DNA of 64,000 nucleotides, taken from contig CBFFRP010000357.1 in the NCBI GenBank assembly GCA_965644295.1, positions 1 to 64,000 on the forward strand, given 5' to 3'. The position numbers were made by a program, and so were the translations under genes. Below, one piece after another: positions 38,201-51,200 of this stretch (positions are counted from its first letter, which is position 1; the number at the start of each line of letters is the position of its first letter). The DNA comes from Paraphysomonas bandaiensis. Taxonomy: Eukaryota > Protista > Chrysophyceae. The notes beneath the pieces were generated by a model. The model saw only the letters and a program-made list of their open reading frames with translations, was not told the DNA's origin and did not search any database.

Positions 38201-38631
38201 AGTAGGCAGTAGGCAGCCCAATACCCCGGAAACGTTGTATAGAGTCCTATCGTAGGAAACATTCGTAATCCAACAAATCTCAACCATATAGTTTATTTAA
38301 TGGCAGATATTATATTATATTCGCATTCCGTGTTGATGTTATTGCAAAGTTCTGAGCATATTTTCACCCGGAAAGCTACCTCCAAACTTAATATAGAGAA
38401 TCACTACTTCCTGCACAATACTGGTGGAGTAAAAAAGTGAAGGAGTTACTTTGTTAATAGTTACTTATTACACACATGGCATTATTTCGTTAGAAGTGAA
38501 AAGCAAGCATATGTCAACCTTGTAGTAGCCGTCCAGTATCTATCTAAAAATTCTAATATATAACTGCCTGCTGGTTGCGCTTACTAAAACAAAACACCAC
38601 GAAATAAAACTCCTATTGTCATTCGCTTTAT

Positions 38632-40146
38632 TTACATTTGTAGAGATGCATTGTAACCAACAGATAATTGGCGCGATGCTTGCGCCTTCGTTTTGTGTTC
38701 CAATGCATAATCACACAGTCTACATAGTACATTAGGGTGACAATATGATCGCTGTGTAATATCCAAAAATGCTTCCGAGAGTGGCTCTGACTTGTACGCA
38801 AAGTATTTATTGTATTCCTCTTCATTCTGTGATAAGCGGATGATAAGGTCAGCAATCTGTCGAGCAGTCATTTGGTTGGCGTTTATAAAAGAATCACGAG
38901 ATGGCATAAATTTATTGATTCCCTCCGCCCCCCTGTAAATAGGAAGAGTACCAGCTATCAATCCTTCATATACCTATATAGACGGAGACCGGAACACAAG
39001 TAAGGTACAGATACAACAAATAGCAATACACGCTACATACCTTCTCGGAAACATAATCAGCAACTCCAAGATTCTCGAACGCCAAATAGAACTTGTAATT
39101 CTCAAGGGTCTTCAACTTTCTTGCGCGTCTTTGGTCATGGGCTGGCCACCTGGGATCATTCGGGATCTCTTTTTCTTTGCGGTTGTTGAGACAGCCTCCG
39201 TAAGAATGAATCTAAAAATAGAGAACATTACGCTAAATTTAAGAATTACAGAAAAAATGAGGCCAACCGGTATATAGGACATAAGTTCTTTAATGAACTT
39301 TAGTCGGTTTGCGCCACCAGCTTTCTTGCAGTTGCTTATGAATGCCACAACATTAACACCTAATATTTTAAAACATTGAAAAGGGCACAATATACTCAAA
39401 AGACATAAAATTTGTAGTAATTTCACTACATTACAATCGATGCGCAATGTAAATTAATCACATATCGACAAGAGTGCTGCATGGCATGATCAAATACCAG
39501 TTCCATATCCAGTCTTCTCTTTAAAAGTTTTAGGACTGTTTTGAACGGCACTTGCATCATAAACATGCAAGGGATAGTAGGTCAGAGGTAGATTTGGCAC
39601 TCCAGATCCGGGATAGGTGGTCTCCTGCGAGTACGTGGCCAAGAGATCAAAGTTGGCTTTCAAATACTGTTGCTTGTTGAGTATAGTAGCATACATCGGC
39701 TGTTCCATTGTGTGCATAACAAAAAGAGAGGTTGGAAAAGGCTTTTTAGGGAAAAGCGGATGCTTTCGATTAAAGGTTGATGCAAGAAAAACAATAACAT
39801 CTGCAGTTTTAACCTGCATATGAGAGAGATAACCTCATGAGAATATTGTGAGAGTCATATAGGCTCATAGACGTACAGCTTCAGGCTTCATAGAGAACAA
39901 ACACTTCGTATTACATCGCTCCTTTGCGTATGTATAAAACCAATCCTCTTGCCAATTTAAGAATCCGATTATGTTGTTATACGTGGCGATGCGTATCGTT
40001 TGTTTCTCTTCAGTGAGATGTCTGTATGGATATGAGTGTATAGAGGGAGACACTGAGACATTAGACAACACTGAGCCTCTGCATACACAGAGAATTACAC
40101 TCAGGAGGGGAAGAATGTAACGCTGTGTATATGTAGAGGGGGACAT
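38632..40146 (-). CDS. Alpha-1,3/4-fucosyltransferase (GT10), ~5 exons
   Basis: N-terminal signal/anchor; TMEQP, ATYS, VAFISNC, YKFYLAFEN...DYVSEK|VYEGLIAGTLPIYRGA. Confidence 0.92.
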
Positions 40147-40237
40147 GACCAGAGGTGAGATATGGTGATAGAGTTATAAACTACTTAACACAAACCCGCA
40201 CCTAGAGTACCATACGTACTACTGTATACACGTACTT

Positions 40238-40721
40238 ACATACCTACATACATACCTACCTACCTACCTACCTACCTACCTACATACATACATACCTACC
40301 TACCTACCTACCTACCTACCTACCTACCTACCTACCTACCTACATACATACATACATACATACATACATACATACATACATACATACATACATACCTACA
40401 TACATACCTACCTACCTACCTACCTACCTACCTACATACATACATACCTACCTACCTACCTACCTACCTACCTACCTACCTACCTACCTACCTACATACA
40501 TACATACATACATACATACATACATACATACATACATACATACATACATACATACATACATACATACATACATACATACATACATACATACATACATACA
40601 TACATACATACATACATACATACATACATACATACATACATACATACATACATACATACATACATACATACATACATACATACATACATACATACATACA
40701 TACATACATACATACATACAT
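40238..40721. repeat. Compound (TACC)n/(TACA)n microsatellite
   Basis: Read directly from the sequence. Confidence 0.99.
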
Positions 40722-40954
40722 AGATCTCAGTTGATCATTGTGGTATTTTGTATCTTTATCGCAGTGGAGTTTGCGTATCTATTTATTTATATTTCTGTGG
40801 ATGGAATGCAGTAGTTGTGTGTTATTAACCTCTGAGGGTTTTATAATGTGCTTATGAGGTGTCGGGTCTCTCGTGCTGTGGTCTCACACATGACCTGGCT
40901 CATACTCTGTGTGCCTCATAGGTCGTTACAGTTACTATTGAGAGTGTTTGCAGT

Positions 40955-41329
40955 ATGGAGATGTTATCAGGGCCTCTTTTAGCATCTAACACTATTTCGA
41001 GTAATGGAACCAGCCACTCTCATCATCATACAGACAGTGTCAATGCTTTGGAATTTGGAATAGGACTTACTCTAATCATTCTGGGCATTGTCGCAACTGC
41101 AGTAATCATTGCTATGTTTCGAAACAGTACTGTGGCTGATTCACGATCATTACACGCTAAGTGTCTTCTCGCCACTGCGGAGTCTGATCATGAGAATAGC
41201 CCTGTCGAGGTGGATGTTCAACGGCGGGACATGCGTACTTCGTGTACTTCAGTAAGAACTACACACCGTGATCGCAGTAACACAAAGTTTTACCGGCTGT
41301 ATAATGATGATGACATATATTGTGTTTGA
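40955..41329 (+). CDS. Small single-TM hypothetical protein (124 aa)
   Basis: TM segment FGIGLTLIILGIVATAVIIAMF; clean ORF. Confidence 0.6.
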   Translation: MEMLSGPLLASNTISSNGTSHSHHHTDSVNALEFGIGLTLIILGIVATAVIIAMFRNSTVADSRSLHAKCLLATAESDHENSPVEVDVQRRDMRTSCTSVRTTHRDRSNTKFYRLYNDDDIYCV

Positions 41330-41826
41330 TGACTTGCTACAATTAGTATGAATTTGTTAGAAGTTTATCGCATTGTTTTAGATCCAATGTTTTTCATATG
41401 CATTGGTAAATAATAAACTGTCTTTAAATAAAGGAGCATATCTGCTTTATATTGAATAGGGGACATATTTTGTTGTTCCTATCCTATGTTATATCCTAAG
41501 TTTATTGCGTTTATGAATGTAGTTGAGATATTGAGACACGAAAATGTACCCATTCGTAAAAGATAATAGTGGTGGTGTTGTAGTAATTTCTCCCACAAAC
41601 GTGGAACGAGTAGGCCTAAAGTAAATTTGTAAAGTAGAACCAAAGTACTGAATATTAACAGTTTGCTACAGCAACGTAGCATGCAAATTTACCAACAAAA
41701 ACTTTTCAGAATTCCAACAGGGAAACGGTCACAACGAAAAAAACAGAGTATTACAGAGCACATATTACTCTTCTGCTCCACACCATGGTGGTAAACGCCA
41801 AGTGATATCACAATGACTTTAACCAT

Positions 41827-42917
41827 TTAGTGCGCCGACTCGTCTGCAGGGTTGTGGAAGTGGAATTTCTGGGCACCGGTGATATCCATGACAATATCGA
41901 ACAGCAAGAATTGGCCGGCAGTCAGAGAACCAATCATGACACACCTGGGTCCGAGACCGACAGTACAGAGCTTGAAAAATCCGATCTCAGAGGCGATATT
42001 AAATAGACGTGAAGCAATCGATCCACTTCCTCCAGCACCTTGTTTGTTAACCTTGGAGAGAAGTGTATCGGCTGGGTGGGAGATGATGGCTGCAGCAACA
42101 CCAGCAATAACACCAGAGCCAAGGGCAACTCCAAGTTTGGTACTGCCAGTGAGTTCAGCTGTTGTCTTTCCAAGAGAGGCAGCAATCTGCTCTGCCGCAG
42201 CACCCTGGACAGCAAATTTGGCCATGGTATATGGAATCTGCTTGAAAAGGATAGGACCAAATCCAGAGTAAAAACCATTAATTACACCTTCCTCCTTGAC
42301 AAGACGGGCAGCGCATGAAGCAAGTCCATTGGCAAAGGAAGGGTTTGAGACCAATCGAATACGAGTGGCTTCAAGAGGACAAAGAAAGATGTCAGCGATG
42401 AATTCAGCCATTGCGGATGCTCCAAGATAGATTCCGGTACGGTTATCCCAAGCTGCCTGCTCGCCTAGTGACTGGGCAATGTTGATTTTGAAGAATTCCA
42501 CACCTCCAAACTTGAACCAACCTATTTATTCACAATTGATTATGCATACTATAATTAAGAAATATTGAATGTAATACCTTGAACAAAGTATCCAACAACA
42601 GTAGGGCCGAGTCCAGTAAGAAGCCCCATGGCACCTTCTTCGGCAACAACTTGACCGAATCCACCCACCAAGCCTCGGTTGTACTTAATTGGATCTAACT
42701 GGATACGGGTCTTGACAACATCAACTGGGGTCAGTGCACCATGAGTAATGGAACAACAAATTCCACCAGCTAGTGCACCCTTGAGGTAGTACATGATGTC
42801 ATATTTCTTCGAAGCTGAAGTTGCAACAACTTTACTGTCGTGGGATGGAGCAAAGTGGCGAGAAATTGATGGCATTACTGCCGATGTGGGCATCATTAGA
42901 GAAGAAAATCCAGGCAT
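41827..42917 (-). CDS. SLC25A3: Mitochondrial phosphate carrier (SLC25A3/MIR1 family), 2 exons (intron ~42522-42578)
   Basis: GGICCSITHGALTPVDVVKTRIQ, AEFIADIFLCPLEATRIRLV, KQIPYTMAKF, SHPADTLLSK. Confidence 0.97.
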
Positions 42918-43394
42918 CTTGAAACAAACAAACTATCGTATAATGCAATTCAAGTGTTATATCCGTCTGACTATATCGCTGATACGATGGATTCTAGATT
43001 TCGACTGTTAGCCAATCATTCAGCATTCTTTCTTGTTTATATACGGTAGTTTGGAATATCTCTAACGGCCACAAGAATTTTCATTTTATGTATTCAATTT
43101 TGCATATGAAGTTAATTGCTGATATATACGGTCAGCTGCCCGTATATAGCAGAGATAAAGGGGGATGAGAACCAATCATAGTCAAGGAAATCTAAATAGA
43201 GGGTTTTAATTAGTTCATTCATGTCAGCCTTTTTCGGTTACATCAACCCAGAATTTGATATAATAAGCATGCCATAATATATGCAGATCTGCAGTCTGTA
43301 TGTGTTGCACTATCAGCCCTTTGTAATGTACGATTAGGGCATATCTCGGGGCTGCGAATTTCTAAAGATATATACACTTGTTCCTTTTACTACA

Positions 43395-44540
43395 ATGGGT
43401 GCGGGTGCGTCTACTATGCCCTCGAAACTGACTAAGGATGATTTGTATAAAGTCTGTGATGAAATGTATGATTCTTTCAAAGATTCGGATGGGCTCGTGG
43501 ATAAAGAAATGCTTATTGCAGCTGCTTTTTCCGGTCAAGAAAAAGAAGTATATGATCTTTATTGCAAATTTGCACCCGATGGAAAATTGGACGCTCAGGG
43601 CTTCATGAGATTGTGCAAGGCTGCGAAATTATTGCACAAGAAAACATTTACAATTGCAGATGGGGTTCGTGCATTTGAAAAATCTAGAAATACTTCAAGT
43701 ATTGATAAAGGAGAAAAGGTCCAATACATTAACTACAATATTTTTAGAAATCTACTAGTACCTGATATCGCATCGAAGAAGGAAGTTCATATAGACAACC
43801 TGATATTCAAATTATCCCGAGTTGAAGCTCGTGTGCCAATGCTACTCCGTAAAAAAGATGATGATTTTGATTTAGGGGATTTAGTTGTACATGTGCAGGC
43901 GGAAAATGTGGATGATGATGACGATGACACCTCTGTTCACGCTGCAGGTACGCCGCAACAACACAAGGCAGCTCGCCGAATACAAAGCTGTTCTCGTATG
44001 CGAATGGCATCTCGATATGTTAATGGACTCAAAGAGGTATGCTTACATAATTTGTAGTCGTATATATAACCCTCTACACGTAATCAGATAAATAGCACGG
44101 CAAATGTAATAAAAGAAGAGGACTTTGATAAACCTGTGGATAAGGAGTCTGAAACAGAGGCTACCCTGGAAAGGTACTTCAAAAAGATTTGCCGTACTGG
44201 CGAAATGGATCTTTCTAAATTTGTCAAAATGTGTCGCGATTGTGGTATTATTGATAAATGTTTCACTAGTGTCGATGTGGAACTCTGTTTTTTGAAAGCT
44301 CGTATCAAAGCTAGCTCTAAAGAATGCCCGGAGTACAACAGCGGAGTGTTTCATGGGAAACGTATTTCATATAAAGTTTTTCGTGAGATTCTTCTACGAT
44401 GTATTGTAGAAAAGAAAGGAGTACCGATGCAAGTAGTCACCCATCATCTTGTGAATGGCGAGGCCAACCTTGTTTCGAAGAATACCACACCAGTTATTCC
44501 GCTCAAGACTGTTATTGCGGCAGTTGCTCAGCCTAAGTAG
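43395..44540 (+). CDS. Protein with two p25alpha/TPPP-like (EF-hand-like) domains and an IQ motif, probably N-myristoylated; intron 44037-44087
   Basis: MGAGAS; LDAQGFMRLCKAAKLL..TFT..D and MDLSKFVKMCRDCGIIDKCFTSVDVELCFLK...KRISY; AARRIQSCSRMR. Confidence 0.8.
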
Positions 44541-44935
44541 ATAGCTTATTATATTCTGTGTCTATTTGAATTTACACTTCAAAAGTTTGATACACACAGC
44601 TTATTGGTATTATTTATCTGAAGTATTAGAAAGATTGCATCGCGTATGTATAATAGTATTCCTCTATAAAACAGTGCCAAATGTAGTTGAAAGCAGAAGA
44701 ATATGGACATCGTCTCACAAAATGATGAATATATTTAACGCTATAGAGCATACTGCATTGACCCCAAACTACGGTACATCGATTAGGTCAACTAGATAAT
44801 GTATTAGTGATATATAACGGAACGAATTAGAATTAACCTACATAAACAAAATCGCATAGCACATATACAAAAAAATTTCATCACTCACGCAAAATGAGGT
44901 CAACAACGTTATATGATTTTGAGTTTGCAACAATG

Positions 44936-45739
44936 CTAGACATACAGCTCCACCATCTCTTCATAGCATCGAATAAATTCCCGAGAAAACACGACGACAT
45001 CTGCAGGCTCGTCCTGCTGCCATGCTTTTGACACTCGCTTCTGTAGGCGTTGGTACACATACTCTACTGAAGAGTCGAGAATACGCGATTCTAGCACCGG
45101 AAGTATAGAAAAAACCATTGTTCGGTCGTACCCAAGATCGGCCAGCCCTTGTAATGACTTTATCATGCCTTTCCATAGTTCGTTCTGGCGATGAAAAACA
45201 TCTGCTGGTGATACACTGGAGGCAGAACAGCTTTTATCGTCACTTGGCATCATAGGTTCACTAGCAATTCTTGACTCTTCTGCAGGACCTTCAGGGGCGG
45301 CATCACGATAACCAGGAGAGCATTCACATTCTCGGCCTGATTTTACAACAGGTTTGGCTCGAGCCAAACTGGCCCTGGTTTCTCTATACTCTGGCCGCCG
45401 AGAATGCTTTGGTACAGTTTTGTGTTCCTCTGTGGACTGATTCTGACCACTCATGCCACTGGATCTATGTCTATCGGCTACATGTCTATCTGATATAGGT
45501 CTATCTGCTACATGTTCATCTGCTTCATGTCCACCTGCTACATGCTCATCTGCTTCATGTCCACCTGCAGTACTGCAAGCAGCATCTTTCTCGATATAAT
45601 CACATGGACTCACTGGAGGTATACGAATATCGCTTCGACCCACTAGAGTATCAGACGCAGTGTGTATAGTGAAGGGGGCGTATACATTACTGGGACTCCT
45701 CTTTGATGTGGCGTAGAAATCCATATACAGATATCTCAA
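44936..45739 (-). CDS. Hypothetical protein (mostly disordered, short AGGHEADEHV repeat, helical C-terminus); start uncertain
   Basis: Long open frame with coding-like composition; TACA-rich region upstream. Confidence 0.6.
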   Translation of the reverse strand: MRYLYMDFYATSKRSPSNVYAPFTIHTASDTLVGRSDIRIPPVSPCDYIEKDAACSTAGGHEADEHVAGGHEADEHVADRPISDRHVADRHRSSGMSGQNQSTEEHKTVPKHSRRPEYRETRASLARAKPVVKSGRECECSPGYRDAAPEGPAEESRIASEPMMPSDDKSCSASSVSPADVFHRQNELWKGMIKSLQGLADLGYDRTMVFSILPVLESRILDSSVEYVYQRLQKRVSKAWQQDEPADVVVFSREFIRCYEEMVELYV

Positions 45740-48235
45740 TACTGTTCCTAACGGGTGACTGTGTTATGTATGAATGCACTTATACAGAGCCAGTGACTAT
45801 GTGATGAGCTGTGATGTATACATAGAGACTGTGATAGCGGACAGTGCTATATGTATGTATATGTATGTATATGTATGTATATGGGAGATGATACGAGCGA
45901 TCTGTACATACTGCTGTACATACATACCATACCATATATACTGTAGGTATATACCGCATACACGGTACAGAGCACACACATAATCATACATACATAATCA
46001 TATAAAATCCTTCGATTCGAATATCTTTTTTTCTTTTCTTTTCGAATATTCTGTTGAACTTCAATGAGTGAGCTAAAAAAGCGGTAGATTTCCAGAAAAC
46101 CAGTGAATTATATATAAATTGTATTTCGAAAATCCAGTTTTTGAGTCGAAACATGAAACAAAAAACATGGATATTTCATGAAGATGAGCATATTTTTAAG
46201 CTTTTCCAGAAATCTAGAGCTTTTTTGGCCTATCAAGCACACGCTTGTTATAACCTACAGAAAAGAGGACATAAGAGTCGACTATCGCCAGCACCAGCGA
46301 GCCATATGATCAGAGTTCTATTCTTCATTGCATTGATTTCATTTCAAGTGCACTCTATCTCTCATATAGAGACATCTGTGGTCCGTATATCAGACTGAGA
46401 GCTTCAGGAGCATCTATGAACTACATACACATGCACAAACAGCACACTGACATTACACATATAGCTCTAGTCGTCGCAGACACAGGAGGAGTTCTCATGA
46501 TCAATTGAGATCTCATGGGAGATTCCTTCTCTCCCTCTGCCTCGGAAGCATCCACATTCCGTCTTGCAGAAGCCTCCCTCTTCTTATTCCTCGCTATTAG
46601 AGACTTTAGGTCCCTCCTTCGGGCCTGCCATTGTCTCTTCGACTCCTATTTCACGTAGTTTTGCGCACAGTATGTATGTTATTAATGGGGTCCACAAACA
46701 CGATATGAACCAACAGCTACTTATATACAGAGAAGAATAAAGCTGTCCCCACTTGGTGTGCATAGACGATCTTGTATTTCCAATTGGCTTGCAGCAAACT
46801 CTATTGATTATGATAATCAAGAACTGAAAGGCATGTTGGTGGATGTCATACACAATGCATATCAACTGAATAGCAAAGCGAAGGAAGGAACTGATAAATG
46901 CACTATGCACTAACGAGCTAATAATTCCATGTCTCTTCAGACTAGTCGCTTGCTGCTAAGGTTCCAGAAGTAATGGTTGTTACTTCTGCATAAAGTACCG
47001 CTGTAGTTGCGTCACATATCATATTATTACTATTATGTGTAGCTATATATTGCTGTTAGCTATTAACATGATGCGTCTCAGACTTCTTTTAATTTTTAAC
47101 GAAGGGCATTTAATTCATCAAACTCAATATATACTAAGATATTGTGGCTGAGAACTATATATATTTCTAAGTATTACAAGCCGCGAAGGTGACCTTATTA
47201 TAATTAATATTTAATATATATTAGGATTCATCTTTACAGAAGATAATATATGTGAAATATAGAAAATAGTGTTCAATGCAATATATTATTAACTGAATTA
47301 ATGATTGTATCTGTTGGAAGATACTTGATCGTCATCATAACGATCGTCATTGTCAGTTATACTTCTCACTATTCCGTTGTGTGTAATAGTTATGTTCTAC
47401 ATTATTATTCACTCTTTCTACATTACTGTGTTCATCACTTTACATTTTAATATCACAACATACTATTAGAATATGGATTTTATTTTAGTATATTCAGTAT
47501 GTCACTTGAAGACAATATACGAGAATACAGTGAAATATAGTGATGTACAAATGCTGTGATGGTATTGAGAAACTAAAATCAAGATATGTTTAGTAACGAG
47601 AGGTTCACATATGTAGGAGATTATGCGTGGAACAAAATGAGTTTGTCACAACTTCGTGTAAACGATATTAATTAATCTATCTAGTCTAACGACAAATTCT
47701 CTCTGAGATCTAGTTAAGAATGAGCAATTTCCAACACATACTTCCTACTGTTACTAAGCTTAAATCTGCATTATATAATATCTGAAATATACCCAAATTA
47801 AAGAAAAAAGTGAAACAAAGGAAGTTAAGATACCATAGCAGCGAACAAAGAAAATTATAATATTGTAGGCTACAGAATATCAGTACTCTACCAGCAAACT
47901 ATATGCTCGAGTCACTTTAGCGCCATTTTTGACCTCGTTCTCTGCATGTTTTTAGAAGTACTCAAAGCAACAAAACGAGCGGATGCAGGGGTAATACAGA
48001 TTTACAAACTCACAACGTATGTGTAGTGTCTGTAACCATAACTGAATGCATCAGGATCAATGCGTTATTAAAATTCACTTTCACACACTAACTTTCTTAA
48101 ATTTCAAAACGATTCATACCTTCACACCATACGGACCGTTCGTAAGTTCAGCCCTACACTGATGTACCTATGTTAAACCAACAACATTTTCATATGTTCC
48201 AACTGTTCATATCAGCTATCTACATCACATTAGGT

Positions 48236-51200
48236 CTACTTTGCCTCAATCAGCGCTTTAACCATATTTCTTAGCTCTTCGTTTTCCTTGGCTAATTTTT
48301 CCATGTCCCTTCGCAAAACATCTATGTCACGTTTAAATTCTTGAGCATCGTCCTCTGGTAGATGTAATGGCTTCGTAGACGTGCATTTGCATTCATCACG
48401 CAGCTCTTTAATAGCTTCGCCAAGGACAGCAACGGCACGGGAGTAGGCAACATGCTTGTACCCTTGAGCATCCTCTTCCACCAGTTCAGGGATCACCGAC
48501 TCTACTTCATCCGCAATCCACCCCATCTGAGGCTGATCAGAAAACTTTCTGTCAGGGTACTCATCGACTTTGTTGTCATAAGTGACCTGCCATGATACAG
48601 CATGAAAAGAAATATAAAATATGAGAAGGCTAGCAGTGCAATACGTACCCCTCTCAGAGACGAAACCATATCAAGTGCACCAGATATAGTCGAAATATTA
48701 GTTTTAAACCTTCGATCCGAACTGTCATAGTAAGGCCCAGACCCAGATACTGTTCCACGAACCGTTAGAGACCCTTCAATGTGTACATTACTCCCAAACT
48801 CTGCAGGGCCAGATGTAGAGAGGCCTTCCGCTGTCAATTCAACGGCTGAAATTCTCGCATCTGTGATAGTAGCGGTCTTCAGTTGCGCCCTGTCTAGGAC
48901 AACCTCACCATCATCGTCAATATGAGAGATGCGGGCCACTTTAAGTACGCCACTCTTAGTGATTTCGACTTTATTGCTGTGTCCGATTAAACCAGTCCCC
49001 TACATGAAAATATATTTAATCACTGAACAAATATCACTGCAATAGTTTAAGACTTACATCCTGAACGACAATGTGGCCGCCGTTCTGAACTGCGTTGGAA
49101 CTCAAGTACACATTCGAATTCTTTACAGAGGATGACTCAATAATGGCCTCAGTAATCTTGTTTCCATCGAGTGAAACATCGTCCCGTAAAGAAGTGATTT
49201 TCAGCTCCAAGTTTCCGTCTTTACCCACATTGACGCCATCCACAGCAATTATGTCACCGGCCCCGTCAGTGGCTAGCAAGGATGAACGAACATTAGGCAA
49301 CTTCATCGACCCCACAGTGGCTGATCCATCGATGGTTAACTCTTTCCGGATTGTCAGAGTAGGCACAGAGGGTTCGTTAGTCGGCCTCAAGTAGCCTTGC
49401 CTATCTATAGATATCAAAAGACCCTCCTCAACCTGGGTGTCATCGCCAATTATTCTGTAACCTCCCGCTGAGAGCAAGCCGTCCACACTGAGCTTGTTAA
49501 AAGAGCCCTGTGAAGCGGACACAGACCCCACAGTGGAGTGGGATGATACCTTTCCGTCCGCACCCACAACCAAGAGCTCTGCGCCAGCTCTCTGAGTTTT
49601 GGAATCCAAAATGAGGGACTGTGCATTGACAACACCAATGTGAGCATCACCAGCAACATTAATACTCTCCGCCTTCATACTGTCAGTATGAAGATTCGAT
49701 GACGTGGAAACTGTTCCAGCCTCGTCAACACTGAGCACACCTACACCCAGTTTCTTTAGCTCCAACTGTGCCGCGGAAACTCGGCCTTCCACCATTAAAC
49801 TATCAGCCCGTACGGATCCCAGGGAAGAGTCAGAGGCGGGCACCACCTTACCATTGGCATCAACTGACAGTACAGATGACTTCATTCCAGTCAACTGAAG
49901 GGATTGCATAGAGGCTGTGCCCAACACATTCAGGTCATCGGACGACACACTCTGTACAGTGATTGAGGAAGCTGGTACAACTCGCCCCATCTCATCCGCC
50001 CGTAAGAGCGTGGAGACCACATCTGACCGCAGCTCTGACGCAGACATGACTCCAGAGAATGTTGCCTCTTTCGCTGTAATTGAATTCACGTCAATATCAC
50101 CGGATACAGTTACAGCTCCTTGGGTATCACTGGTCAACACTCCGCCGGGCTGGGACGACGAAAAGGAGAGTGCAGCCAGTACAGCGGTGCCTCCTACGGT
50201 TAGTCCATCCGCGACATTAACATTCGTCACAGATATAGTGTCGGCTACTGACACGCTGCCCTCATTCGATGTCAACACGCCACTCGGAGCGGTGAAATCC
50301 TTTCCCCCGTGTATACGTAACGACGCAAACGACCCATGCCCAGAAATAACCTTCGCAGTGGTCAGAGAATCAACTTCGAGCGTATCAGCCGATGATACGT
50401 AACCCTCAGCATCCACCGCAAGAAGAGTAGACTGCAGCCCTCCAAGACGAACAGTATTAAATGCACCTTCATTTGCCGTTAATGACTTCGATAGTGAAAT
50501 GCTGTTAAGAGAGATATCCGCTTCACTAGATACACCACCCTTTGAATCTGACATAAGAACACCTTCAGTTGTGAGTCCAGAAATTGAAAGGGATGCCAGT
50601 GTAGCCGCATCTTCTACATTCAGCGTCTTCGAGAACACAGTATCAACATGCACTGTCGGCACGGAAGAAACTAAGCCGTCTTTATCAGCCATCAGGACAC
50701 CGGATTCAGAACCTAATAATTGAACTGACCCAGCCGAAAGCTTACCCCTCACCGTGCTAATATCTGTAGTTATAGACGTAAGTTCTGCGTTTTCAGTGCT
50801 AACTACTTCGCCAGTAGCAGTTCCCATAAGCATTCCTGCCTCCTTAAGCCCCGTTATCGACAACCCTTGTACAGTGGCACTCTCAGATTTAACACTTGTG
50901 AACGAAGCGTCTGTCGCAGGCACTACTTTGCCCTTCGAATCAACAGCAAGTACTGAAGACGAAACGGTCGCTAGCTCTAACTGAGAGAGAGAGGCAGCGC
51001 CAGTGACAGCTAAGGTCCCTGTTTCAACATTATCGAGAGTAGCAGACTTCGTGGCAATAACTGTGCCCTTGCTGTCCGTAGAAAGCAAAGCTGATTGAAT
51101 TCCAGATAGTTCCAATAGTTCAGTTCTAGCATGCTTGAACGAACCTCCTGCTGCCTCAACTACGGCATCCCTAATAATTGCACCATTGGCCACCACTAAC

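Noticed and set aside
46141-46910. Possible gene or relic in a moderately GC-rich patch
   Set aside because: Only short ORFs with no recognisable motif or consistent splice structure.
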